From NCBI GenBank assembly GCA_000004985.1, contig GG738847.1: a stretch of DNA of 64,000 nucleotides; one strand, given 5' to 3'. The stretch comes from Naegleria gruberi (lineage: Eukaryota). Under the pieces are notes generated by a model that saw nothing but the letters and a program-made list of their open reading frames with translations, was not told the origin of the DNA and searched no databases. Below, piece by piece: positions 33,301 to 42,600 of this stretch. A program made the position numbers and the translations under genes. Positions within the stretch are counted from its first letter, which is position 1. The number at the start of each line of letters is the position of its first letter.

Positions 33301-35959
33301 CAAGAAGATTTACATTTCACCATACTCTGATAATTACATGATTTTCAAGTTGGACATGGATGAAGGTGATGAATTGGTAGAACTAGATAACAAGTGGGAA
33401 TTTTTGGAAGAATTTAACAAGCTTATTGAATCAACTGCCTCTAACTTTAAGGGTGAACATGTTCCAAGAGTTGAAGTTACCAAGGACATTAGTATCCTCA
33501 ATCATCAAAAGGACAAGAACACTGGTACTCAAAATTTATTGGTCAGATTTATTCCATCTGCCTACAATACCAAGAAGACTGTTACCACTGAATGCTATGC
33601 TGATGAATTTGATAATAGACTCTTCATTGTCAACACCTTCACTCAAGCTGATATTTACAATCAAAGAAAGTTGAGAAGAAAGGCCTCACTCTATGCCAAG
33701 CAAGATCAAAACAGAGATTACTTGAGAATGCAAAACAGTGAATTGATGCAACTCTTAAAGAAGGATTATGATGACTCCAAAGTTCTATTCTCTGGTGTCG
33801 TTTCCAAGTATAACAAGAGATTCAAGAAGCAAGACAGAATTTTCATGGTCACCGATAAGGCCATTTATAATATTGATCCAAGTGGTGGTTACCTCATCAA
33901 TAGACGTGTTCCAATTGGCCAAGTAACCTCTGTCACTGTCTCACCTTACACTGATAACTTCTTTGTTGTTGATCATCCAGATCAAGATATTTTGAGTGAA
34001 AGTGCCAAGAAGACTGAAATTTTGGAATCCATTTTGGAAAGCTTCCAAAATGCTACCAATCAATTGTTACCGGTCAAGGTCACTACCAACTATTACATTA
34101 ACTTGGCCAAGAAGAATACCAAGCGTGTCGCTATTTCATGGATTATTGAACCAGAAAATCAAACACAATTCTCAGTTTCTACACTTGTTCCAAATACTGC
34201 TGGTGGAGCTGATGTTCATGTTGTTTCTGAAGTTGATAACGATAATGACAAGTCAATGAATGATTTGGCTGTTAGACAATCCTTCCAACGTAGATCAGTT
34301 CGTGGTAAGATGGTTAAGAATGGTGATATGGATGAGGTTGATTTGAATGACGTCTTTGGTGGTTTGAAGGTTCGTAGAAAGGACTCTCTCCTCGTCTGGT
34401 TCCAAGGTGATTATTTGAACTTTAAGGACAATCCAAAATTCATCGAAATGGTCAAGAAGCACGATCCAGAATGGAATGGACAAGTTCTCTTCTCTAACCT
34501 AATGACTAAAGTCAATAAGAGATTCAGAACTCAACCTAGAAAGGTTGTAGTTACACCAAATTACATTTACACTCTCGATGATGAAAAGTTACACTTTAAC
34601 AGAATTACTCCAATCAAGGATTTGAGTGGTATTTCTCTCAGTACTATGAGAGATGCCTTCTTTGTTGTCCACTGCCCAACTGATCACGATTTATTTGCAT
34701 CTTGTAAGAAGAAGACTGAATTAGTTTCTGTTATTTGTGATGCCTTCAAAGATAAGACTGGTATGGATCTCCCAGTTCACGTAGAAGATAAATTCGTCTA
34801 CAAACCAAGTACAGATGTTAAAGGTGTTAAAACAATTGAATTTAGACATGATCCAACCACCAAGGTTCCAATCCTTACTCCAACCAAGTTGGGTTGTCTC
34901 ATTCAAGTTAACAATTCTGATCCTGAAAAGGTTAAACAAAACTTACCAACTGCCAAACAACAAAAACCAGCTGCAACTCCACAACTCAAGTTATATGAAG
35001 GTTCTGATGAAAGAGGTATTCAAGATAAGATGGATTCCATCTATACAGGAAGAAAGGGACGTAATAGAAGATCTCTCCTTCGTGAATATCTTGGTGACTA
35101 TTTGAGATTGGAAGGTACACAAAGAATGAAGAAGGTTTTCGATAGAAATGGTGATACTGAATTAATCTTCTCTGGACAAGTTCTCAAATATAACAAGAAC
35201 TTTAAGAAGCAACATCGTTTATTGGTTGTAACAGACAAGAATGTTTACAATATTGATGAACAAGAATTCAAGATTAAGAGAAAGATTCCACTTGAAGAAA
35301 TTACAGGTGTCTCTGTTTCTCCATTCGACGACAATGTATTTGTTATGCACTGTCCAACTAGTGGTGACTATTTGTTGGAAGATGAAAAGAAGACTGAAAT
35401 TATTTCTGCTCTCCAAAATGCAAGACTCAGACACTTGAAACAACCATTGAAGATTAATGTTGATGACCAATTTAACTTTGCTCCAAACTCTTCATCTACC
35501 ATGCCAGTTACTTTCATTAGTGATGATCACTGCAAGGATACTTGGGCTGAGAATAGAGCTAATGCATTGGTTGTTCACGTAAAGAGACAAGAACCTGGTG
35601 TAGTATTGGAAGCTGCCTATCTCTATTTGAATGAAGAATCTAAACCAATTGAAGTTAAATCAACACCAATTCTTATCAAATTGAAGAAGAGATGGACCTA
35701 CAAGTTGCAAATTCGTTTCTATGTCAATGAATACTTGGCAGGATGTGAATTCCACGAAAAGATTGATACTGTGTCTTCGAGACTTGAATTTGTATCCAAA
35801 GTTGTTGAACTGGAACCAAAAGAAGAACGTTATGTTATTACCCTTCCTGAAAGAAAGGTAATTTATTCATTGCTTTCCAAAACCAGAGTCAAGTGCAAGC
35901 TAGTTGATCCAAGTGGTAAAGTTCTCATGGCTGTTCGTTTTGTTTATGATATTCAATAA
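30284..35959 (+). CDS. Unconventional myosin, class-I-like. The head has GESGSGKT P-loop, NNNSSRFGKF switch I and DIYGFE switch II. One IQ motif follows, then a tail of 3-4 tandem TH1-like (PH-like) modules. This is probably the C-terminal continuation of the upstream WW-domain ORF.
   Basis: Frame-2 ORF is open from about 30175 to the TAA at 35957-35959. The track start at 30284 is a TTG. The first in-frame ATG (30338) is still upstream of the earlier ORF's stop, so the two ORFs cannot be separate genes. The motor begins TEIDLTNILANRYYQNEIYTCVGPAILSINPYK. IQ motif: ARKIQNSFRRYRKKR. TH1-like repeats: VLFSGVVSKYNKRFKKQDRIFMVTDKAIYNID..VSPYTDNFFVV; VLFSNLMTKVNKRFRTQPRKVVVTPNYIYTLD..FFVVHCP; LIFSGQVLKYNKNFKKQHRLLVVTDKNVYNID..VSVSPFDDNVFVMHCP. 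Confidence 0.85.
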   Translation: MESSAKNDHRQSTVIREDVMLQPQLMPSLPDEVGFSRKSISRDRYQPINSAYQQDFRVRRLEDREMCDDLTLLLSQSSMKSKKSEQMVVPQKTEITEIDLTNILANRYYQNEIYTCVGPAILSINPYKAVKGLYSNETKALFHSHIPYELAPHIYSLAEDAYRTLLEHATANKPTSTHVTRARPAITAVSSSSAHSKKMPPPPPPGKPINKEADLDDDTFIINDFSISDGIGVGQAIIIQGESGSGKTLASRIIMEYLAAVSISGLETQRIKDSILQSNPLLESFGNAKTLRNNNSSRFGKFTNLYFNFKGQLMGGELTTILLEKARVVKRRLGERNFHIFYQLLSDDYIRKQLNLGFPEEYNYLNNNVININEVDDKSEFETTKRAMDLLDMSVPEQMAVFKIVAAILQLGNITFTAIEDPEERKRRNIAPGVEACDVSNEASLKLVANTLQIDAEFLRRSMIIRVIKTVGSPMPIEQTQSVEQAEFNRDTLAKNIYERLFLWLVKRVNRALRVPDYEDFVAKKNSETYYNIGILDIYGFEIYDKNIGTGKIVDQDEASNQGKLKNGFEQLCINFVNEKIQSGVQRSIKKEQEDIQKEIYGDDFKPTLASTQERNKRFDSDAAIQMIAGKPISVFSLLDEESMFPNGNDVNYVQKMKTNIKHPYFKIPRIAEPTEFELEHFAALVKYNTADGWVDKNRDTLLAEMLYTMQNTKDHLLMALFPKNEQANDVLSKKPANAGTKLQQTTAEKFLRDVSKLMNQLSSCSLKHHHIRCIIPNYEGRADDFQKDVVNHQVRYLGILDTVLSRKADDLGSNVTGYSIKIPYDTFLERYKLLCPETFPYWETFITNKYGPVEEFTIEHKKEAVHQILSQEHIGMTNPQDFFLGRGNVLLASPVQLFQLDEMIREQKHEMARKIQNSFRRYRKKRAGKMEEMMKKAIKTTEPTKQKEAPEEIRIRHDGFRTSNFGETKKRVLITGSDRRNIFLLDTTSSSSEFEQLRKIAIRDIKKIYISPYSDNYMIFKLDMDEGDELVELDNKWEFLEEFNKLIESTASNFKGEHVPRVEVTKDISILNHQKDKNTGTQNLLVRFIPSAYNTKKTVTTECYADEFDNRLFIVNTFTQADIYNQRKLRRKASLYAKQDQNRDYLRMQNSELMQLLKKDYDDSKVLFSGVVSKYNKRFKKQDRIFMVTDKAIYNIDPSGGYLINRRVPIGQVTSVTVSPYTDNFFVVDHPDQDILSESAKKTEILESILESFQNATNQLLPVKVTTNYYINLAKKNTKRVAISWIIEPENQTQFSVSTLVPNTAGGADVHVVSEVDNDNDKSMNDLAVRQSFQRRSVRGKMVKNGDMDEVDLNDVFGGLKVRRKDSLLVWFQGDYLNFKDNPKFIEMVKKHDPEWNGQVLFSNLMTKVNKRFRTQPRKVVVTPNYIYTLDDEKLHFNRITPIKDLSGISLSTMRDAFFVVHCPTDHDLFASCKKKTELVSVICDAFKDKTGMDLPVHVEDKFVYKPSTDVKGVKTIEFRHDPTTKVPILTPTKLGCLIQVNNSDPEKVKQNLPTAKQQKPAATPQLKLYEGSDERGIQDKMDSIYTGRKGRNRRSLLREYLGDYLRLEGTQRMKKVFDRNGDTELIFSGQVLKYNKNFKKQHRLLVVTDKNVYNIDEQEFKIKRKIPLEEITGVSVSPFDDNVFVMHCPTSGDYLLEDEKKTEIISALQNARLRHLKQPLKINVDDQFNFAPNSSSTMPVTFISDDHCKDTWAENRANALVVHVKRQEPGVVLEAAYLYLNEESKPIEVKSTPILIKLKKRWTYKLQIRFYVNEYLAGCEFHEKIDTVSSRLEFVSKVVELEPKEERYVITLPERKVIYSLLSKTRVKCKLVDPSGKVLMAVRFVYDIQ

Positions 35960-36433
35960 ATTAATTGTTATTTTAACAACTACCAACAAACAGTAAGGCA
36001 AACAAGGTCAATTTCCAATCATACACGTCAATGCACTGGTTTTGTAATATGCGTTCTCATATTTCTATGTGAAAGATTCGAGTACATGGTACAGATCTCC
36101 GCTATTGGAGTTGGTTGTGAAGGTCCTTATAATTCCAAAAACATGAATTAATAGGTGATGTAAAATTGGGTCAGGCAAAACCCTAAGGGAGTAAGAATTT
36201 CTAATTATCGTCGAGCCGGCAAAAAAATTTACAAGTCGAGCCACAGAAGATCAGTACTTGGTCTCGACTCTAAAACAATTTGGTTGGAACAACGAATACA
36301 TGGCATGATACTCCAAATGAATTCGTAACTGCTTGTTGTCCAGAGATTTATATATTGTATTTTAATTTCCTTAATAATTTATTATTTTTAAAATTTTAAA
36401 GATGTATTTTGAACAAAAAATTACATTTTTATT

Positions 36434-37744
36434 TTAAAAAGACAAGTCAATCTTTTTCGAGTAAAATTGTTTGTACCACCTTCTCAACTTCATCACTGGC
36501 CCATCACCCTTCACCAAACTCGGTGTTCTCTTATAAATCTTATTCTCCCAAACTGTGATATCATTCTGCCACTGAGCTACCCAATTTCCCACAACATACC
36601 AAACTAATAGTCGAGGAATTTTCTTCTCTGCATACGCAACAAAGCCAACATCCAGATTTGTTTTGCTCTTTGGAGAATGTGTATGGAATAGATAGATTCT
36701 GCCAAAACTTCCATCAAATCTGAAAAGTGCAATTCCTGCAGGACCAAATAATTCAATTCGAGCATTTACGGTCGTGGAGGTGAGTTTCTTACCGAAAATT
36801 TCGAGACATGCCTTGTTAGTAAAGTAGGCAATATGAGGATCTGAATCTGAGAGTTTAAATTCTGCTTGATGTATAATTTGGACGAAAGGAACCTGAATTG
36901 AACGACCAAATATTGATCTAGGTCCACTCCATGGCAAAACCATTTGGCCATGCAAGGGTTGGAAATGTTGAAAATCTGCCGAGTTCTCAGCAAAATCTTG
37001 AATATTCATTCTAATATCTTCATATGAATAATTCCCAAAATGGTAAAATTTGTCCATGTCCAAATCTTGTGGATTCAACAATGGATACTGAGGTGGTAAA
37101 CCTTCCTTCTCTGAATGGAACCACACCAAAATCATACCATACTTCTCTTCACAATACCACGATCGAGTGTGAGCATTCTTTGGAATTGTTTCATTACAAT
37201 TTTCTGAATGTTGACATGAGCTCTTGTCACAATTATTTGGAATTTTGACACATTGACCATCTCTATCAAATTCCCATAAATGAAATGGACATTGAATGTT
37301 ATTTCCAATAACCTTACCTTCCACTCCTAAATTACTTCCCAAATGTGGACAATAAGCATCTAAAACTCCGACAGAACCATCAAATCCTCGAAACACAACC
37401 ATGTCCTCGCCAAAGTAGTGGACAAGTTTGGAGCTACCTTTTGATAACTCATTTGAGAAACAAATTCTGAACCAACCGTTTGGAAACTGATCAATAAACG
37501 TACTTTCTCTAAATTTAGATGATGCATTTCTATTCGATTCTGCTGAATGTTTTTGATCTTTCGTTTTGAAATCATACCACTTGTTGGCTATCAGGACTGC
37601 CAATAGTACAAGATTGAGAAGTAAACTAACTGCAATAAGCGTTTCAGTTTCAAAACTAAACATTTTTTTTAACTTTCTCAAATTGACTAGACGAAACTGA
37701 TTGTACTCACGTGTTATTGAAGTGAAAATAGAGAAAGGATGCAT
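36434..37744 (-). CDS. Rieske [2Fe-2S] non-heme iron oxygenase with an N-terminal membrane anchor. Neverland/DAF-36-like (cholesterol 7-desaturase family) candidate.
   Basis: Rieske ligands CPHLGSNLGVEGKV...NIQCPFHLWEFDRDGQC (CxH...CxxH). The motif GWFRICFSNELSKG..LVHYFGEDMVVFRGFDGSVGVLDAYCPH is characteristic of the Neverland family. N-terminal TM TLIAVSLLLNLVLLAVLIANKWY. The likely true start is the second ATG at 37663 (AAAAAAAATG context); the ORF is otherwise open from 37744. Confidence 0.75.
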   Translation of the reverse strand: MHPFSIFTSITREYNQFRLVNLRKLKKMFSFETETLIAVSLLLNLVLLAVLIANKWYDFKTKDQKHSAESNRNASSKFRESTFIDQFPNGWFRICFSNELSKGSSKLVHYFGEDMVVFRGFDGSVGVLDAYCPHLGSNLGVEGKVIGNNIQCPFHLWEFDRDGQCVKIPNNCDKSSCQHSENCNETIPKNAHTRSWYCEEKYGMILVWFHSEKEGLPPQYPLLNPQDLDMDKFYHFGNYSYEDIRMNIQDFAENSADFQHFQPLHGQMVLPWSGPRSIFGRSIQVPFVQIIHQAEFKLSDSDPHIAYFTNKACLEIFGKKLTSTTVNARIELFGPAGIALFRFDGSFGRIYLFHTHSPKSKTNLDVGFVAYAEKKIPRLLVWYVVGNWVAQWQNDITVWENKIYKRTPSLVKGDGPVMKLRRWYKQFYSKKIDLSF

Positions 37745-38227
37745 TTAAATCATCTCTTTAGTCAATCGGAAGTGAGGAGGAAATCCTCAAACCCTATACA
37801 CCCTCATTTGTCCATTCTCTAAAATTAAACCGCCAACAAGATCCTCGCTCAAATAAATTGGCCAATCAGCACAATCATTAGGAAGTCCGAATAATTTTGG
37901 AGGTAAAACTAACAATTAAAAACCTTATGCAAGCGAATCTCTGATACAAAATGTCCTTAATGAACCACATGCGTGTATTATATAAGGCACCAGCACAATT
38001 TCGCTACAAAAATTGCCACACCCTTAAATGAAACTGTCTTTATAAAAGTATAGTGCACTGCCTTATTACTGTATAACTTCCTAAATCGTTCCTTGAATGA
38101 TCCAGGAACAAATTGGAATGCGTGCCACTTTTTCTGAATTGTTCCAATGTTGTAGTTGTTTTAAAAAACATTAAAAAAACAGTGCAACGCCCAAACACCT
38201 CCAAATCTCCATCACAAAGACAATTGT

Positions 38228-39154
38228 TTGTTCTGTGTGTGTGAATCTCTTTTCTCAAAACCTCTATTCTCTGTTTTTTATACAAGAACAAGAATAAATA
38301 CTCTTTATCAAATGCTTAATGATACTGTAAGAATGGAAAATCAAGATTGTGATGTGAGTGGTGCTGCTTGTACTGTTGATTGTCCTGCTAACAACTCTAC
38401 TTCAGCTCGATCTAGAATTCGTGCCACCTCTCTTCCCCTTATTTCCTCTGTTAATTCCTTAGATGTGTCCATGACGTCTCCTCTCCTTCATGATGAAGAG
38501 TCCGAGAGTGTGATATCATCAATTCCCTCCCCAAAGTCATCATCATCATCATCATCATCTCCCTCCAACTTTATTATAGCCGAGAATCCATCCCAATCAC
38601 CATTCAATTCAACAACTCATGCAATTCCGCCATCATCCCCTAATCAAAGATTGAGACTTTTATGTGAAAAGTATAATTCCTCTGCCCATCAAAACAATAG
38701 ATCCAATTCTTGTATACCCAACCAACCATGCTCTCTGAAAACCTTACTAATGGATGACTTGCAATCTAGTCGATCCAATAGCTCTATTTCAGGAAACACT
38801 TTCCATGCAAAACATTGTCCATTTCACAGACATTCAACCAGTGACTTGTTTTGTGTTTCTAGAACTAAGATGAGCGATGCATATTTCCACTCTAACATTG
38901 GAAAGCCCTCTTCCTCATCCTCTCCAATGGATGACATGGAAAATAGTGGTGGATGCACTGAAAGTGAAATGGCACACATGTTCTTTTACTTTGTCTTGGG
39001 AATTGTCATGGTTATTGTACAATTCGCCAAAAAGTGTTTCAAAGATGATGTCAGGTCTCAAACAATTTCACAAACCTCTTCCTCCTCCTATAAAACTCCA
39101 ATCATTGTTGGTGAGCCATCCTCAGCAACAACAACCTCATCATCAATACGATGA
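38228..39154 (+). CDS. Ser-rich protein with a C-terminal hydrophobic segment (FFYFVLGIVMVIVQFAKKCF). Function unknown.
   Basis: ORF of 308 codons. The likely ATG is at 38312 (MLNDTVRMENQDCD). Runs of poly-Ser (SSSSSSSSPS). No recognisable domain. Expression and start are uncertain. Confidence 0.45.
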   Translation: MFCVCESLFSKPLFSVFYTRTRINTLYQMLNDTVRMENQDCDVSGAACTVDCPANNSTSARSRIRATSLPLISSVNSLDVSMTSPLLHDEESESVISSIPSPKSSSSSSSSPSNFIIAENPSQSPFNSTTHAIPPSSPNQRLRLLCEKYNSSAHQNNRSNSCIPNQPCSLKTLLMDDLQSSRSNSSISGNTFHAKHCPFHRHSTSDLFCVSRTKMSDAYFHSNIGKPSSSSSPMDDMENSGGCTESEMAHMFFYFVLGIVMVIVQFAKKCFKDDVRSQTISQTSSSSYKTPIIVGEPSSATTTSSSIR

Positions 39155-39612
39155 TAAATCAAAATCCAAAAACAACAAATAAATTATTTTTCTCCGTAAG
39201 ATATAATTAAGGTGTTTGGTTAGTTCGTTCCATAATAATTCGATAGTCGCAGGAGATAATAAATAAGGTACCTTGGTGAATTATCTCTTCTCAACAATGA
39301 ATAAGAAGTGAAAAGTGTTAAATATATTGATTCTTGGTTCCTTAAATCCAAACTTGGTATTGTAAATTTACAAAATACGATACGAATAAACGTGGCAGGT
39401 AGAGTGGAATATTTATTTCAGGAAAAGGCAACCAATCACAATCCTCCAACCTTTTTTAGTTCGAGAAAAATCCTTTTTGCAGCCAACTAAAAAAATTCTG
39501 TTGGCGAGAATTGCAATTAACAGAAACAACAAAAAAAACTTGTTCACAAGGTGCTCGGCTACACTTCAACAATTTTCATCATCTTTTGAAGTGGATACCT
39601 AAAATACAATAC

Positions 39613-42600
39613 ATGACAGCAGCTGTCAATAATCGAAAGAAAATGAAGTGTTCAAATAAGAGACGACAACAGTTGACCACCACCATCATGATGTTCATGG
39701 TGATGGTGATTGGAATTATTTTACTCACCAAAAATGTTCAAAGTTTATTACCACGATATAAAATTGAAGTGCTATCCGGAAATCCATACATGTCCACAGC
39801 ACTCTATGATGGAATTATGGCCACAGATGCAATTCTCAACCTTCCAAGAAACGTACTCCTCTACAATGATGAATTGTACATATCCGATACCTTTAATCAC
39901 ATGATTAGAAAGGTTTCGAAAAATGGAACACTCACCACATTGGTAGGAGTTGGTGCTGCTGGTTCAAATGATGATGATGGTTTGCTTGGAATTGATACTC
40001 AACTAAACAATCCGAATGGTTTATCCATTTCTCCAAATGGTGAATTATTGTTTATTGCTGATACTGATAACAAATTGATTCGAGTTTTGAATATGAAAAC
40101 AATGATTTGTAATGTATTTAAAATGTTTACATCGAGTGGGGTGTTAGATACCTTGACGAAACCAGTTGGTGTTTCCATTACAAGTAATTGGAATATTTAC
40201 ATAACCGATGACAAGTATGTGAAAAAGGTTAATTATTATACAAGAGTAGTTACAATTATTGCAGGAGGTATGTTATATTGTTATTGTTTTTAATACGAAA
40301 CTATTGAAATTTGTTTTTTTTTGTTCTGATTGACTAAAAAGGTGGAAGTGGTAGTTATAAAGATAATGTCGTTCCAACAACCATTTCAATCACAAGTCCT
40401 AAACTCATTCATACCATTCCTTACACTCCTGATTCTACTCTTGTAGTTTTTACTGATGCCACAACTGCTAAATTTATTATAGATACAGAAAGTTTACAAT
40501 CAACCACAAAAACAGGACTTGTAGGAGGGTAAGTTTTAATCATCAATTTATTGAGTACTAGAGTAATATATTTTGAAAAATAGTTCAAATATTCCAGCAA
40601 TTTTTCCATTTTCCACCACAACATTTTACTATTCTTTGGGAAATGGGATTTTTAACTTGGAAAGTGGAATTAATACTCCTAAATCTGCAACTACTGGTGG
40701 TGATGCTGGAAAGTATAGTGTAACTAATATGGCGTATTCTTATTTTAACACTTCTTATGGATTACATGGAAATAGTTCAGTGATTTATATTGCAGATTCG
40801 GCTAATTATTGTATTAGAAAGTATGATATTGCGAATAATTCTGTATCAACTGTTGCAGGTTTCAAATATCAACCTTCTTTTGAAGGAGTTTATGCTTTAT
40901 CTGTTTATGCAGATTTGAAAATTCAAAAGTTAACCGTGACCTACAAGGATGAAATTATTTATCTTGACACTAACAACAGAGTTAGAATGATTACAGCCAA
41001 TGGAAGAATCAAAACACTCATTGGATCTGAGTATACATCCAAATATCCAGTTTGTGTTTCAACATCTATTGCTTTGGAATGTAGGGCAACTAACGCGATT
41101 GATATTATGAGCGTTGGAGATTCTCTAATTCTCTCAACTTTAAAATTATTCAGTTATGATTTGGCAAGCATTTCAGGAACATCTACCATTACCCAACAAG
41201 GTACTGAACTAGTAGGTACTTTCTCTCTAAGAGCAATGAATGGCTCATCAGGTGCTGTCGTATATTTCCTAAATAATGCCAATCAATTGTTAAAAAAATC
41301 TTTAACTGGTTTGGAAACAGTTGTGAAAGGATCATTATCTGCATCAGATTTCAATATTGTAAATATTGATACTGATTTCGCTAGAATTTGCTATATTGAG
41401 AGTGGAATTATCACTTGCTTTAATGAGACTGATTTAAGTTCAATTGTTCTCCCAATGCCATCTGGAGAAACCAAGTTCACAAGCGTTGCACTCACTAGTA
41501 CTACTGTCTATGCATCAACAAGTAATAGAATCTATGCCTATTCAGTTTCTGATTATTCAACTGCTTACCTAATTGCAGGTTCAAAGCCAGTTAATGTGAA
41601 TGGACAAACTTTTGATTATAGTGGGTACAACAGTGATTACATTTTGGCAACTAGTGCTATTTTGAGTGATATCAGTAATTTGCAAGTCTCTTCTTCTAAT
41701 GGAAATATCTATTTTGTGAGTGGTGGTACTTTGATTAGAAGAATTGCCAATGGATTTGTTTCTACAGTTGCTGGTATTTCACCTCTCCATACAGAAGGTA
41801 TAACACCAATGGCAATTGCAAGAGATTCAGCTAAAAAGATCACCTATTTCATTGACAGTAATACACATGTTAAAATGATGGATGAAGCCAGTGGAATTAT
41901 TAGTCCACTTACTTTACCAATTAAACCAAGTCCTGATCCACAAAATATTACATTACCATTAACATTTTTAAGAGCTCCACCAAAGAATGCAGGTCAATTA
42001 TTGACTTATTCCTCCTATGATGGTTTATTATATCTTGCAGATTATTGCAGAATTATTTCCATCAATGTTACATCTGCTTCATACAAGCTTGTAACTGGTA
42101 CTGTGTGTGGAGATAGTGCTGACAATATTTTAGCAATCAATTCATTCATTCAAACACCAAGTTCCATGACAGTCGACTCTAAAACTGGAGATTTATACTT
42201 TACGTTTGGAACAAAGATTTTGAAAATTGAAAAGAAAACTGGTTTATTAACGACATTATATGGCAGTACTGGTAAAATTGGAACTGTTGTGAATGGAATA
42301 ATTTCCAAAACTTCTCTCCTCACCAACATTACAAGTTTGGTCGTGTCTGATGATATTATTTACTTTGCAGATATTACTCGTAGCGTTAGACAAATAGCTC
42401 TATCAAACAGTAATTTGACAACTTTGGTTACCATGGCTGCGGTCACTGAAAAGATGCTTTCAATTTCACTCGATAAGAATGGTGACATTTTCATTCTCGA
42501 TACCTATACTTACTTAATTAGCAAGTACATTAAAAGTTCAGGTGGGGTCCCCAAAGAGGTAGCAGGAAAACAATTTGGTAAAGGATTCAATGGAAGATAC

